64,000 nucleotides of DNA from Squalus acanthias (taxonomy: Eukaryota), in assembly GCA_030390025.1 (NCBI GenBank), contig JASTWF010000345.1:248001-312000 (forward strand). The letters run 5' to 3'. Positions 49,526 to 62,606 of the stretch are shown here, piece by piece. Made by a program: the position numbers and the translations under genes. A model generated the notes under the pieces. It worked only from the letters and a program-made list of their open reading frames with translations, searched no databases and was not told where the DNA came from. The number at the start of each line of letters is the position of its first letter. Position 1 is the stretch's first letter.

Positions 49526-50793
49526 TATGCACTTGAAGTACGTGACCTACAAGGCTACGGACCAAGAGCTGGAAAGTGGGATTAGGCTGGATAGCTCTTC
49601 CGGCCGGCACAGACACGATGGGCTGAATGGCCTCCTTCTGTGCCATAAATTTCTATGATGCTATGATTCACTGTTCATACTCACTTTGAATTCTGAGTGC
49701 AGAACCCACCTGAACGAATTATTCCCACAAGACTGACACTTTAATCGGAAGCAACGGTTTTGTCTTTTTATGACTCACGTAGTCAGCAGAAGCTGGTCAC
49801 AGTTGAATCACAATTGGAAATTCATGTTTAATAGAAACTTTTTTCTTCATCTAAATTGGTTTTACAATGTATAAGAAAATTAACAATGTTAGATAAACAG
49901 AAAGTAAAAACCAACCCAGTTGAAATAAAAACAGTCCCTCACTTTGATAAACAACCTCAATTCCACTTCCTAATCTATACATAAAGTGCTCAAAATCAGC
50001 ACCATCTTCGAGCAAATAGATTCAGTGTAAAGATGAAGGCAGTTCCTTGGATTTTCAGTTTAACAGGATTGCCTTTTGGCAAGAGAGATTATGAAATCAT
50101 AGATCTGCACCATTGAAATGCCTTAGCTGATCGTGTGTAGGAGAATACAAACTGAAGAAAATGGGGATTTTGTAACCATAAAAAGGATTGTATTCCCCAC
50201 TTGATATTGGAAAAATGTTATATGATGACGGAGTGCAGATCGGAACAGAGTGTTAAGCTGTGAGTTTGGTGAGTGAGGGAGTAAATCTTAAATGTTAATC
50301 TCTTATTTTTATAAATTCTAGTCTTGTGTGCTTGCAATTAGCATTTCAATTTATTGTTTCAAGTTTTAAGTTTCTTCCAGGCTTGGGCAGGGCTAAGCAA
50401 GCTCTATGCTGGAGAGCAGGTGAGAGTAATTAATTAATTAAGTGGTCTAATCTGGTTCTGTAACTGCCAGAGCGCTCACTTATTTAAATCTCAGCAGTAT
50501 AAATAAGGGAGGCTAGAGTGCAGTTTGTAACAGAGTGCAGATTGGAACAGAGTGTTAAGCTGTGAGTTTGGTGAGGTGTTCCTTTCTTTTTCCATCTTTG
50601 TCAGCTTCCAGGAGAGCAGGAGCTAAAAAGCTGCACAAGAGGGGACAGAGAACCAGCGGTGAGTATTTCTACATTCCAGTCATTAAAGTAAAAGTAAGGT
50701 CTCTAGTTTAGAGTAAGTAGTGTTTAAAGGGAAGTAAGGTCCCTAGTGTATTTAATATTCTTTAATTTAAATGGAGTAAATTAAGGGTAGGAC

Positions 50794-51750
50794 ATGGCAG
50801 GGCAGCTCGGCAGCGTGGAGTGCTCCTCCTGTGCTATGTTGGAAGTCAGGGACACTTTAGTTGTCCAGGGCGAACACATGTGCAGGAAGTGTCTCCAGCT
50901 GCAGCTACTCGAAATCCGCGTTTCGGAGCTGGAGCTGCGGCTGGAGTCACTGTGGAGCATCCGCGAAGCTGAGATCTTCATGGATCGCACGTTTAACAAG
51001 GTGGTCACACCGCAGGTAAAGAGTGCACAGGCAGACAGGGAATGGGTGACCACCAGACAGAGTAAAAGAACTAGGAGGTAGTGCAGAAGTCCCCTGGGTC
51101 CATCTCCCTCGCCGACAGATTTTCCGTTTTGGATACTGATGGGGGAGATGGTTTCTCAGGGGAATGCAGCAAGAGCCAAGTCCGTGGCACTACGAGTGGC
51201 TCAGCTGCACAGGAGGGGAGGAAAAAGAGTGGGAGACCAATAGTTATAGGGGATTCTATCATAAGGGGAACAGATAGATGTTTCTGTGGCCGCAGACGTG
51301 ACTCCAGGATGGTATGTTGCCTCCCTGGTGCCAGGATCAATGATGTCACTGAACGGCTGCAGGGCATTCTGAAGGGGGAGGGCGAACAGTCAGAGGTCGT
51401 GGTTCACATTGGTACCAATGACATGGGTAGAAAGAGGGATGAGGTCCTGCAAGAAGAATTTAGGGAGCTAGGTAGCAGATTAAAAAGCAGGACCTCAAAG
51501 GTTGTAATCTCTGGATTACTCCCGGTGCCACATGCTAGTGAGTATAGGAATAGGAGGATAGAGCAGATGAATGCATGGCTAAAGAGTTGGTGCAGGAGGG
51601 AGGGCTTTAGTTTCCTGGATCACTGGGTCTGCTTCTGGGGAAGGTGGGACCTGTACAAGTCGGACGGGTAGCACCTGAACCGGAATGGGACCAACATCCT
51701 TGCGGGGAGGTTTGCTAGTACTGTTTGGGGGGGGGAGGGGTTTAAACTAA
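50794..51750 (+). pseudogene. CR1 ORF1: zinc finger/leucine zipper plus SGNH esterase
   Basis: CSSC...CRKC, LEIRVSELELRLESL, VIGDSIIRG, CLPGA, HIGTND; in-frame stops at about 51079 and 51669. Confidence 0.9.
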
Positions 51751-51786
51751 CTTGGCAGGAGGGTGGGATACGGAGTGGAGTTATAG

Positions 51787-53923
51787 TCTTCTTAGGCAGT
51801 CCCTCGGAACCGAGGATGACTTGCTTCCACATAAAAAATGAGTTCGCAGGTGACTGATGAGTCCAATGCGGGACCTACAGTCTCTGTCACAGGTGGGGCA
51901 GACGGTGGTTGAAGGGGCAGGTGGGTGGGGTGCTTGGGTTGACGTGCGCTCCTTGCGCTGCCTGTGCTTGGCTTCCGCTTGCTCCCGGCGAAGAGACTCG
52001 AGGTGCTCGGCGCCTTCCCGGATGCTTCTCCTCCACTTTGTGCGGTCTTGGGCCAGGGATTCCCAGGTGTCGGTGGGGATGTTACACTTTTTCAAGGAGG
52101 CTTTGAGGGTGTCCTTGAAGCATTTCCTCTGCCCACCTGGGGCTCTCTTGCCGTGCCGGAGCTCCGAGTAGTGCGCTTGTTTTGGGAGTCTCGTATCGGG
52201 CATGCAGACAATGTGACCCGTCCATCGGAGCTGATCGAGTGTGGTCAAAGCTTTGATGCTGGGGATGTTGGCCTGAGCAAGAACACTGACGTTGGTGCGC
52301 CTATCCTGCCAATGGATTTGCAGGATCTTGCGGAGGCAGCGTTGGTGGTACCTCTCCAGTGCTTTGAGGTGCCTGCTGTACAAGGTCCATGTCTCTGAGG
52401 CATACAGCAGGGCGGGTATCACTGCTGCTCTGTAGACCATGAGCTTAGTGCCGGGTTTGAGGTCCTGGTCTTCAAACACTCTCTTCCTCAGGCGACCAAA
52501 GGCTGCACTGGTACACTGAAGGCGGTGTTGTACTTCGTCATCGATGTCTGCCCTTGTTGACTGTAGGCTCCCAAGGTATGGAAAGTGGTCCACGTTGTCC
52601 AAGGCCTTGTTGTGGATTTTGATAATCTGGGGGCAGTACTGTGTTAGAGGGGCAGGTTGGTAGAGGACCTTTGTCTTACAGATGTTTAGTGTAAGGCCCA
52701 TGCTCTCGTACGCTTCGGTGAAGGTGTTGACGATGGTTTGGAGTTCGACCTCCGAGTGAGCGCAGACGCAAGCGTCGTTTGCATACTGTAATTCGACGAC
52801 AGAGGATGGGACGACCTTGGATCTGGGCTGGAGGCGACGGAGGTTGAACAGTTTCCCGTTTGTTCTGTAAATTAGCTCCACTCCAGCGGGGAGCTTACTG
52901 AGGGTGAGATGGAGCATTGCAGCAAGGAAGATCGAGAAGAGCATTGGTGCGATGACACAGCCTTGCTTGACCCCGGTTCGTACATGAATTGGGCTGTGGT
53001 GGAACCGTTGGTCAGGATCACGGCTTGCATGTCATCGTGAAGCTGACGGAGGATGGTGACAAACTTTTGAGGGCAGCCGAATTTGCGGAGGACACTCCAT
53101 AATCCCTCACGGTTGACAGTGTCGAAGGCCTTTGTGAGATCAAAGAAGGCCATGTACAGCGGTTGGTGCTGTTCCCTGCATTTCTCTTGTAATTGATGTG
53201 CGGTGAAGATCATGTCCATTGTGCCCCTTAGTGGGCAGAATCCGCATTGTGACTCTGGGAGAAGCTCTTCGGCCACTGGGAGAAGGCGATTGAGGAGGAT
53301 TCTTGTGATGACTTTCCCTGTGGCAGACAGCAGGGAAACTCCTCTGTAATTACCGCAATCGGACTTGTCACCTTTCTTGAAGATGGTCACAATTACGGCA
53401 TCTCTGAGATCCCCTGGCATGCTCTCCTCCTTCCAGATAAGAGAAATGAGTTCATGAATTCGTGCCAGTAGTGCTTCTCCGCCAGGCTTTAGTGCCTCAG
53501 CGGGGATTCCATCTGCTCCTGAGGCCTTGTTGTTCTTCAGTTGTCAGATGGCCTTTTCAACCTCATGCCGGGCTGGGGTTGTGCTGAGATGGTGGCGGGT
53601 AGCGTGCTGCGGGATGGAGTTGAGGACACTTGTATCGAAGACAGAGTCATGGTTAAGGAGATCTTCGAAGTGCTCCTTCCAGCAGGCACTGACTGCCTCT
53701 CTATCCTTGATGAGTACCTCTCCGTTCTTGGCCCGCATTGGGGTGGGGCCTTGGGTGCTTGGGCCGTAGATGGTCTTGACTGCGCTAAAGAATCCACGCA
53801 CGTCGTGGTTGTCGGCTAGCTGCTGGATCTCCTGCGATTTCTCCACCCACCATCTGTTCTTTAGGTCGCGAGTTTTTTGTTGGACCTCGGCCTTCAGGCG
53901 TCTGTAGAGCTGCTTTCTTGCTC
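51787..53923 (-). mobile_element. 5'-truncated RTE-clade LINE
   Basis: DCGNYRGVSLLS, LPESQCGF, FFDLTKAFDTVNR, ELQYAND (YADD mutated), FPYLGS, C-terminal CPTC..H..H, tail gactgcctaagaaga. Confidence 0.93.
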
Positions 53924-53989
53924 TCAGGTGATGAGCAAATATAGAGGAAAAAACAAGACAGCCTGGAAGGCAGAGTAAATATGTAACGG

Positions 53990-56800
53990 CACAAAGGAGT
54001 ATGGCAAGGCTGGATGGCATTTATTTTAATGCAAGGAGTCTTGCGAGTAAGGCAGATGAATTGAAGGTGTTGATGAACACATGGGAGTATGATATTGTTG
54101 CTATCACAGAGACATGGTTGAGGGAGGGGCAGGACTGGCAGCTCAATATTCCAGGGTATAGAATCTTCAGGCGAGACAGAGGGGGGTGTAAAAGAGGAGG
54201 GGGTGTTGCGTTATTAATCAAGGAGTCAATTACTGCTGTAAGGAGGGATGATATCTTAGCAGGTTCCTCTAATGAGGCCATATGGATAGAACTTAAAAAC
54301 AAAAAGGGGGCAAGCACATTGCTGGGAGTGTACTATAGGCCCCCAAACAGTCAGGGGGAGATAGAGGAACAGATATGTAGGCAAATCTCAGAAGTGTAGA
54401 AATAATAAGGTAATAATAGTAGGGGATTTCAACTTCCCCAATATTAACTGGGATAGTCAGAGTGTGAAAGGCTTAGAGGGTGCGGAATTCTTAAAGTGCA
54501 TCCAGGAGAGCTTTTTGAGCCAGCATGTAGAAAGTGCTACAAGAGAGGGGGCGGTACTGGACCTAATTCTAGGGAATGTAGCCGGGCAAGTGTTCAAAGT
54601 GTTAGTAGGAGAGCATTTTGGTGACAGTGACCATAATTCGGTGAGATTTAAGGTAGTCATGGAAAAGGACAAAGATGGACCGGAAATCAAGGTTCTAAAT
54701 TGGGGGAAGGCTGTTTTTAATATGATAAGACAGGATCTGGCCAAATTGAACTGGGATCAGCTACTTGTAGGAAAATCCACATGAGAGCAGTGGGAGTCTT
54801 TCAGAAAGGAAATAGGGAGAGTACAACGGCAACATGTTCCCGTAAAGGTCAAGGATGGGACCAACAAGCCCAGGGAACCCTGGATGTCAAGGGATATATG
54901 AGAATGGATTTGGAAAAAAAGGGAGGCTTTTGGCAGATACAAAGGACTAAAAACAGTGGAAGCCCTAGCGGAGTATAGAAAGTGCAGGGGAGTACTTAAA
55001 AAAGAAATTAGGAGAGCGAAGAGGGGGCATGAAATTACATTGGCGGGCAAAATAAAGGAAAATCCCAAGGTGTTTTATAAGTATATTAAGGGCAAGAGGA
55101 TAACCAGGGAAAGAGTAGGGCCCATTAGGGACCAAAGTGGCAATCTGTGTGTAGAGCCAGAAGATGTAGGTGGGGTTTTAAATGAATATTTTGCATCTGT
55201 GTTCACTATGGAGAAGGATGATGTAGGCATAGAAATCAGGCAGGGGAATTGTGATATACTTGAACAAATTAGTATTGAGAGGGAGGAGGTACTAGCGGTT
55301 TTAGTGGGCTTAAAAGTGGATAAATCCCCAGGCCCAGACGAGATGTATCCAAGGCTGCTGTGTGAGGCAAGGGAGGAGATTGCAGGGGCTCTGACACAAA
55401 TTTTCAGAACCTCTCTGGCCACAGGGGAGGTGCCAGAGGACTGGAGAACAGCTAACGTAGTACCATTGTTCAAGAAGGGTAGTAGGGATAAACCAGGGAA
55501 TTACAGGCCAGTGAGCCTAACATCAGTGGTAGGGAAATTATTGGAAAAAATTCTGAGGGACAGAATTTGTCTCCACTTGGAGAGGCAAGGATTAATCAAG
55601 AATAGTCAGCATGGCTTTGTCAGGGGGAGATCATGTCTGACCAATTTGATTGAATTTTTTGAGGGGGTGACTAGGTGTGTAGATGAGGGTAGTGCAGTTG
55701 ATGTGGTCTACATGGACTTCAGTAAGGCTTTTGACAAAGTCCCGCATGGGAGACTGGTCAAGAAGGTAAGAGCCCATGGGATCCAGGGCAACTTGGCACA
55801 TTGGATCCAAAATTGGCTTAGTGGCAGGAGGCAGAGGGTGATGGTCGAAGGTTGTTTTTGTGACTGGAAGCCTATGTCCAGTGGTGTACCGCAGGGATCG
55901 GTGCTGGGTCCTTTGCTGTTTGTAGTGTACATTAATGATTTAGATATGAATGTAGGAGGTATGATCAGTAAGTTCACAGATGACACGAAAATTGGTGGTG
56001 TGGTAAATAGCGAGGAGGAAGCCTCAGACTACAGGACGATATAGACGGGTTGGTCAGATGGGTAGAACAGTAGCAAATGGAATTTAACCCTGAAAAGTGT
56101 GAGGTGATGCATTTTGGGAGGACTAACAAGGCAAGGGAATACACAATGAATGGTAGGACCCTAGGAAGGACAGAGGATCAGAGGGACCTTGCTGTGCATG
56201 TACATAGATCCCTGAAGGCAGCAGAACAGGTAGATAAGGTGGTTAAAAAGGCATATGGGATACTGGCCGAGGTATAGAATATAAGAGCAGGGAGGTTATG
56301 ATGGAGCTGTACAAAACGCTAGTTAGGCCACAGCTGGAATACTATGTGCAGTTCTGGTCGCCACACTATAGGAAGGATGTGATTGCATTGGAGAGGGTGC
56401 AGAGGAGATTCACCAGAATGTTACCTGGGCTGGAGCGCTTCAGCTATGAAGAGAGACTGGACAGCCTGGGGTTGTTTTCCTTAGAGCAGAGAAGGCTGAG
56501 GGGGACCCTGATTGAGGTGTACAAAATTATGAGGGGCATAGATAGGGTAGATAGAAAGGAACTTTTCCCCTTAGTAGAGGGGTCAATAACCAGGGGGATA
56601 GTTTCAAGGTAAGGGGCAGGAGGTTTAGAGGGGATTTGAGGAAAAACTTTTTCACCCAGAGGGTGGTTGGAATCTGGAACTCATTGCCTGAAAGGATGGT
56701 AGAGGCAGGAACCCTCACAACATTCAAGAAGCATTTAGATGAGCACTTGAAACGCCATAGCATACAAGGCTGCGGACCAAGTGCTGGAAAATGGGATTAG
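53990..56800 (+). pseudogene. CR1 ORF2 (APE-RT), frameshifted
   Basis: YFNARSL, ITETW, YYRPP, KSPGPD, YMDFSKAFDKVPH, GVPQGSVLGP, KFTDD; several frameshifts and stops. Confidence 0.93.
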
Positions 56801-57142
56801 AATAGACAGGGCTTGATGGCCAGCGTGGACACGATGGGCCGAAGGGCCTCTTTCTGTGCTGTATAACTCTATGACTCTCTGAACATATTTAGATGCCATC
56901 ACCTAACAGCAGACTAATGATTAATACCTAGGAATCAGTATTTGAATGTGGAACATTGTCTAAATTTGGCTCAAATAAAATTTTTCCCACTGACTGAATT
57001 ATAACAGTAATTTTGAGGAGTTTTTTTTTAAAAGCCAAATTCACATATAATTGCTTGCTGATAGGGAGTGAGAGAAAAAAGGACTTAACAGCAAGTTTGT
57101 GATCTATCATTAAACTCTAAACGGGTCAAATGCACTGGATTC

Positions 57143-59774
57143 TGTAGTGTCACAGAAAATACGTAGGTGCCGTAGGTCATTGTAGGCTTCGCAAAATCCC
57201 CCAGAAACTCGAATAGAACCCTAAAGGGGGTGATTTTTGGATCTTAACACGAATTTGGAATGGTGGGACCGAAATGAAGGAATTTGAGGTCAAAACCTGA
57301 GTTTTGGACATTTTGAAAGGATTAAGGAAGAAAAGCCCTGAGAAAAATGACTTTGGATGATACTATGGGGTAAAAATTCAGTTGGTTGCGCCTCCCGTTA
57401 GCGCCTTAAGAGGGCGCTAATGGGGCGCAAAGCCGCTAACGCCCGGGCGCAGCGATGTTTGCGCCGCTCGGGAACTTAACTAGAGATTGTGCGGCGGCGC
57501 TAAACTTTACCGCTGCGACCACCTGCGCGCGCAGATTGTGACGTCATTCCATGGTGCAACGCCCTTGTGGCGCCCCGGAGCGGAAATTGAGTGGCGCCCC
57601 CTGCCTTACCGCCTGGCGCATCCAACGACCAGAAGACTGGAACGCTATCAATCGCTGTGGGGCTGGGGGGGGCGCTATTTAAAGGGGGCCCCTTCCTGTC
57701 TTTTATTGTTGGTGGCATTTTTGAACTACGCATTCTGAGAGCGAGAGGGAGAGACTTCTGGAGAGATTCAACGTTGTGTGAAGGAGTTTTGGGTACTGAG
57801 CAGCACTTTGCAGGTTCATTTTGATTTGCCATTCCTTGTATCGATTTAGCAGATTCTGTGGGAGCTGCACTCTGAGCTCTTTGCCTGGTACTCTCCATTG
57901 TTCTTTCCAGCACATTTGATGTGCAAGTCTCTCCAGGCCGAGATTCAAGGCTGCAATGAACAGGATGTGGATGGAAAGCAAGATTAACCATCCCCTTTAA
58001 GAACTGGCCCGTGCCATTGTGTGTGTGTTCCATTGCTGACTGACATGACATGAGCTTCGCCAGCGCTCTGAGGTAGCGCCTCACTCCTTGGCCTTTGCGC
58101 CTTAAGACAGGTGTGCAGCGCCTGATTTAGCGCTCCACTCACCTCCCGGGGCGGTAAAAGTGAAGTTTCCAGTCAGTGCCGATAATTAGCGCCAGGCGCT
58201 AATATTTGCGTCCAGATGATATTTGCGCCCCAAATGGGGCGCGACCTAATTTTTACCCCTATACCTTTTAAAAAGGGCCATTGGATAAACCTGCAGTCAC
58301 AGAAACACAGGCTGCGGGAAGGGGTGTGGTGAGGCAGTGGACAGCTTTTGGGTATTGGGACCAAATCAAGCTGTCTGGGAGATGTTTGCACTGCAATCCA
58401 ACCAAGGAGGAAGAGCCTCATCCAAAACATCACAAACACATTCAAAAATGAATAAACCAAGACCCCTTTTGAAATCCCCAGGTCCAGACAGGATGCTGGA
58501 AGTCTGAAAACAATTCCTAACAATAAAACTTCCAGTACACAGTTTCATAGCCCGTCATCCCATCAAAAACCGATTCGCCAAGTATCGACCGGAACAGTTT
58601 AACAAGCCCGCCAAAACCTAAGACAAAAGAAGGGTAGATTTGGCGCGAAGATAAGCAGGCCTCAACTGAAACCTAAATCACTTTAACGCAAAATCGATTA
58701 GTAAAACAGTTTTGGCGCGAAGAACATAATAGACCTGAACAGTATAATTGAGGGCCTAATCCCCCAAGAAAGTTAGTTCAACACACACGACACGAGGGCG
58801 ACACCAGAGCCAAGCAACAAGGAACGAGTCACAAGAAGAACCTTTGGAAGGCAGGCAGGCCTAAAGCCACGGGCAAGAAGACACGAGGAACCCGAGAGAC
58901 ACTGTGGTGGTGTCTGTTCAAGCCGTGCGGTTTGTTACAACACTATACTAAAAGTTAGTTCAAGGCTGTCCAGAGAGGCAGTTTAAAGTTAGTAACAGCA
59001 CTGAGGTACGCAAGGACAACACGCCACAGTAAGGGGGGTCATCGACGGACCCGACTGGGAAAAAGATTCCCAACGCCTCGCAGCAACCAAGGCCCCACGA
59101 ACCAACCAACACAACGCCACCGACCAACCAGGTGCGAACCAGGCCGTCGCGACCACCGAAAGACCAACACCAGGAAAAACCGAAGACACGCAAGTTTCCA
59201 CGCTACAAACTATTCCTGACTTACCCCTGGGTAAAATTTTTCCTTAAAAACTCTAAACCCTACCTCTAACGAAGAAAAATTGGGTACTCACCTGATAGAT
59301 CCACATACGCACCTTACCGCATCAGCGGACAGACCCAAACTGATCTGGAGTGCAGCTGAAGTCTTCTACCACGTCCGGGGTACGGCAGGCCCCAACAACC
59401 AAAAACCCCAGTGAACCCCGAAATCGTGAAATACCTCAACTGTCCAGAACTGTCAAGGAGTGGTGAGCATTATTCCTGGTCCTCTGAAACCCAACCTAGT
59501 TAGTGTAGTGGGGTTGGGAGGGGTGAATTACTGTTATACTGTCATTTCCCTCGCTTGTACTGAAGTGTTCCCCTACTGTACTTGAAGTTTATGTTTGTTA
59601 TTGTGTTTTATCTTGAATAAAGTTTGGAGTTCTCTCATTAAACACAATTGTCTACTGCACCTTTTATTCACAACCCCTAAATAAGCCCAAGGTCTAGAAT
59701 CAAGGGAGTGGGAGCGATTCGAACCGATCAGAGGCCAGAGGTGAAGCTGGCACAAACCACCACCACCCCCTACA
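57143..59774 (+). mobile_element. Probable long solo LTR (about 1.74 kb without the MITE)
   Basis: Begins TGTAG and ends CTACA (5-bp inverted termini); AATAAA at 59616-59621 about 150 bp before the end; composition differs from the AT-rich flanks. Flanking 5-mers gattc/catac match only partly. Confidence 0.5.
57367..58259. mobile_element. GC-rich Harbinger-type MITE
   Basis: Perfect 12-bp TIR ggggtaaaaatt / aatttttacccc; TSD TAT (57364-57366, 58260-58262); repeated ttagcgcc motifs. Confidence 0.9.
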
Positions 59775-60064
59775 CATACAAAATGAAAAGGCAGACTACT
59801 GACCGTGATGATGCTCAGTTTCTTTTCCTTTTATCTACAATTTTTTCCCTTTTCAGCTGGCGTATTGGCCAAAAAGGATTCTTCATTCATTGATCATATC
59901 ATATTTTTATCCAAGTTATGTTAATAAAAGTTTGAAAATCCAAACTTTAATTGCTTCGTGCATTTTAAAACAGTTAAATAAAGCTGCGTTTATACTGGCT
60001 TTGTGACAATGCTCATGCCACTGGATTCCCATTCAGTTTCACTGAAGCTGGCCGTCCCTAAGAC

Positions 60065-60250
60065 TGCCCCACCAGTGGTGGCCGTGCGTCAGCTGTCTAG
60101 GCCCTAAGCTCTGGAATCCCCTCCCTAAACCTCTCCACCTCTCTCTTCTCCTTTAAGACGCTCCTTAAAACCTACCAAGGTTTTGGTCACCTGTCCTAAT
60201 GTTTCCTTCTTTAACTTGGTGTCAATTTCTTTTTCTGATTACACTCCTTG
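60065..60250 (+). repeat. L2 3' fragment
   Basis: ctaggccctaagctctggaat...ctttaagacgctccttaaaaccta matches 31700-31870. Confidence 0.82.
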
Positions 60251-60331
60251 TACTCACACTTGAATTAGTCATCATTTGTATTCAAAATCATGAATGAAGG
60301 TGCAAAGGTGTGAATGGTTTCTATTGATATC

Positions 60332-60417
60332 AAATAAAACTGTTGGACTATAACCTGGTGTTGTGCGACTTCCCACTTTTGTCCACCCCAGTCCAACACC
60401 GGCATCTCCGCATCATA
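60332..60417 (+). repeat. Penelope pLTR 3' remnant
   Basis: aaataaaactgttggactataacctggtgttgtgcgac...ccagtccaacaccggcatctccgcatcat matches 10719-10765, 11390-11428 and 14507-14590. Confidence 0.85.
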
Positions 60418-60779
60418 ATTTAGCAGTGGCATAGAGATTCAAATATGCATACAGTAGGACTAGTTTTAGCTGACAAGTACTAACCTGTCAAATACTGACA
60501 AGTTTCAGCAAGTATTACTGCATTGACATTACAGAACTACTGCTGGGGGGAGCCCGACTGATGGCGGTGTTAATTGAGCAGCGTCAGCGCCTCCAGCGCA
60601 TCGTGACCTGCCTTATGAAGTCATTTATTCCCACGCTGTTGGTGACATAGCAGTGCCAACAGCAAAGATATACCACTGGTGTTGATGGCTGCTGCTGTTC
60701 GGCTCTGCTAAGGGTTGGTTGTGCTATCGATCTATTTGTACAAACTGCCCTGGATTTTGCGGTCAGCAGTGAACAAATG

Positions 60780-61450
60780 GCGCCAGCTGTTCATTACATT
60801 TACACCTGCCCACAGACTTTTCTGCTTTCTCTCCTTTCTCCAGGTCTTACTCATCTGATGCTGCTGTTCTTCCTCTTCCAAATGCAGGCTCCTCTGCAAT
60901 GCAATGTTGTACAACATGCAGCAGACTACGGCTATTTAGGGTATATAGCAGCGAGACCCCCAGACACATAAACCTCTGCTTGGGCATTCCTATCATGGGC
61001 TCTATAAGGATCCTGACTTCGATTGTGTCTGTGCTTCTTGCGCATGGTGGGGTTGCACAGGGATGTCGTCAGCCAGCTCTGCAAAGGGTATCCCTTGTCG
61101 CTAACAGCCATCCTGTCACATCTCTCACAGGAGTCTCCTTTACTCCATCCTGTGCTGCTCCTCTGAACCACCACAAGGGTGCACCCATAGGGAATACCAT
61201 ACCTGCTCCTGAGAAGCTGTCACTGTGAATAGGGGGCGGAGAGGTTGAAAATCTGCTGGTGGTCAGAAGCAAGTGCAGGTGTCTGTAGCAGAATGGCAAA
61301 AGAAAACATGAAAAAATTGTTTTACAGCTGCAGAAATCACGATCCAAAGTTTCTAGGCTCTTCAGACGCAGAGGCCCCTCATTTCCACCTGTATCAGCTG
61401 GTTCTGGCAGCTGCAACATCTTATAAATCTCAGTATAAGTTACCAAGAGT
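60780..61450 (-). pseudogene. Harbinger DDE transposase remnant
   Basis: Minus strand with frameshifts: GWLL/DKGYPLQSWLTTSLCNPT, RILIEPMIGMPKQRFMCL, VVCCMLYNIALQR and an acidic tail, the HARBI1-like catalytic region. Confidence 0.82.
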
Positions 61451-61779
61451 GCATTAAGAGTGTTAAAACAGGGGACTTGGAGCTGCTTCACCGACGGCCC
61501 TAATTTTGACGTGTGCAAACGAGGTCAGGCGGGACACAACGGGCGGCTTGCTAGATGGTTCAAAAAGCGTAAAGGAACTTGGAAGCGTTTTAATGGCGGA
61601 AATCAGGCGGAAATGGCTTTTGCCCAATTTTCCTGCCTGAAGAATTTTCTTTCATGTCCGGAACAGCTCTCAGTAACTATGAGCCTTGATTTTCTCAAAA
61701 AAAAGAGGAAATTCAATAAAATTGGGATAGCTAAGGATGAATCAGTATTTGAAAGGGCTCTCATGATGCAATAATGAGA

Positions 61780-62190
61780 TCTGGGGTTGTTCTCCTTGGA
61801 GCCGAGAAGGCTAAGAGGAGATTTGATAGAGGTGTTTAAAATCATGAAGGGTTTAGGTAGAGTGAATAAAGAGAAACTGTTTCCAATGGCTGAAGGGTCG
61901 ATAACCAGAGGGCACAGATTTAAGGTGATTGGCAAAAGAACCAGAGGCGACATGAGGAAACATTTCTACGCAACGAGTGATTAGGATTTGGAATGCACTG
62001 CCTGATAGGGCGGTGGATACGGATTCAATAGTAGCCTTCAAAAGGGAATTAGATAAATACTTGAAGGAGGAGAAATTGCAGGAATATGGGGAAAGAGCGG
62101 GGGAGTGGGACTAACGGGATTGCTCTTCGAAAGAGCCTGCGCAGACTCGAAGGGCCGAATGGCCTCCTGCTGTGCTGTACTATTCTATAA
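61780..62190 (+). mobile_element. CR1 3' end
   Basis: FSLEPRRLRGDLIEVFKIMKG...RGHRFKV; 3' stem-loop gggccgaatggcctcct. Confidence 0.9.
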
Positions 62191-62606
62191 CAATCATGCA
62201 GAACCGACAAACATTTTTGCTTCAATTCATATTCCCATTATCTTATAGCTGAAGAAGATTTCGAAAGTATCCGTCCTTTTAAGCTTGTAATCTTATCTTT
62301 CTCCTGAAGTGCTCTAATACAATTTTATGCATCAAATTACAGGCAAAATAGTGAGAATACAAGGGAATGGCTGAATCAAATCAATTATAGCAAAATTATA
62401 GTTCATATAAATAACAATTTAGTTAATGATAGACAATGCTTATTTTAACAGACTACGTTAAAACAATTGTGTTTTTAATGAAGACTAAAATTACTCATTT
62501 CCTAATTTTGCAAGTGTATACCATGAACTTTTTCACCTCTCCCAGGAGAGTACAGCCAGGTGGGTGGGGAGTGTATGTATGGTGATGCACAAGACATCAG
62601 CTTAGC

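Larger units (their letters stand above)
46050..49668 (+). mobile_element. CR1 3' fragment hosting an RTE and a CR1 insertion
   Basis: Host pieces 46050-46326, 46905-47238 and 49526-49668 join into a continuous CR1 3' region ending in a ctatgatgctatgatt tail. Confidence 0.9.
50230..56878 (+). mobile_element. Near full-length CR1 LINE (5' UTR, ORF1, ORF2, tail) interrupted by an RTE
   Basis: 5' UTR with a direct repeat (about 50232-50273 and 50533-50574), ORF1 from 50794, ORF2 about 53990-56800, tail aactctatgactct. Confidence 0.93.

Noticed and set aside
49526..49646. N-terminal 40 aa of the 769-aa ORF
   Set aside because: Read-through into the antisense of the host CR1 tail beyond the insertion junction; not part of the element's protein.
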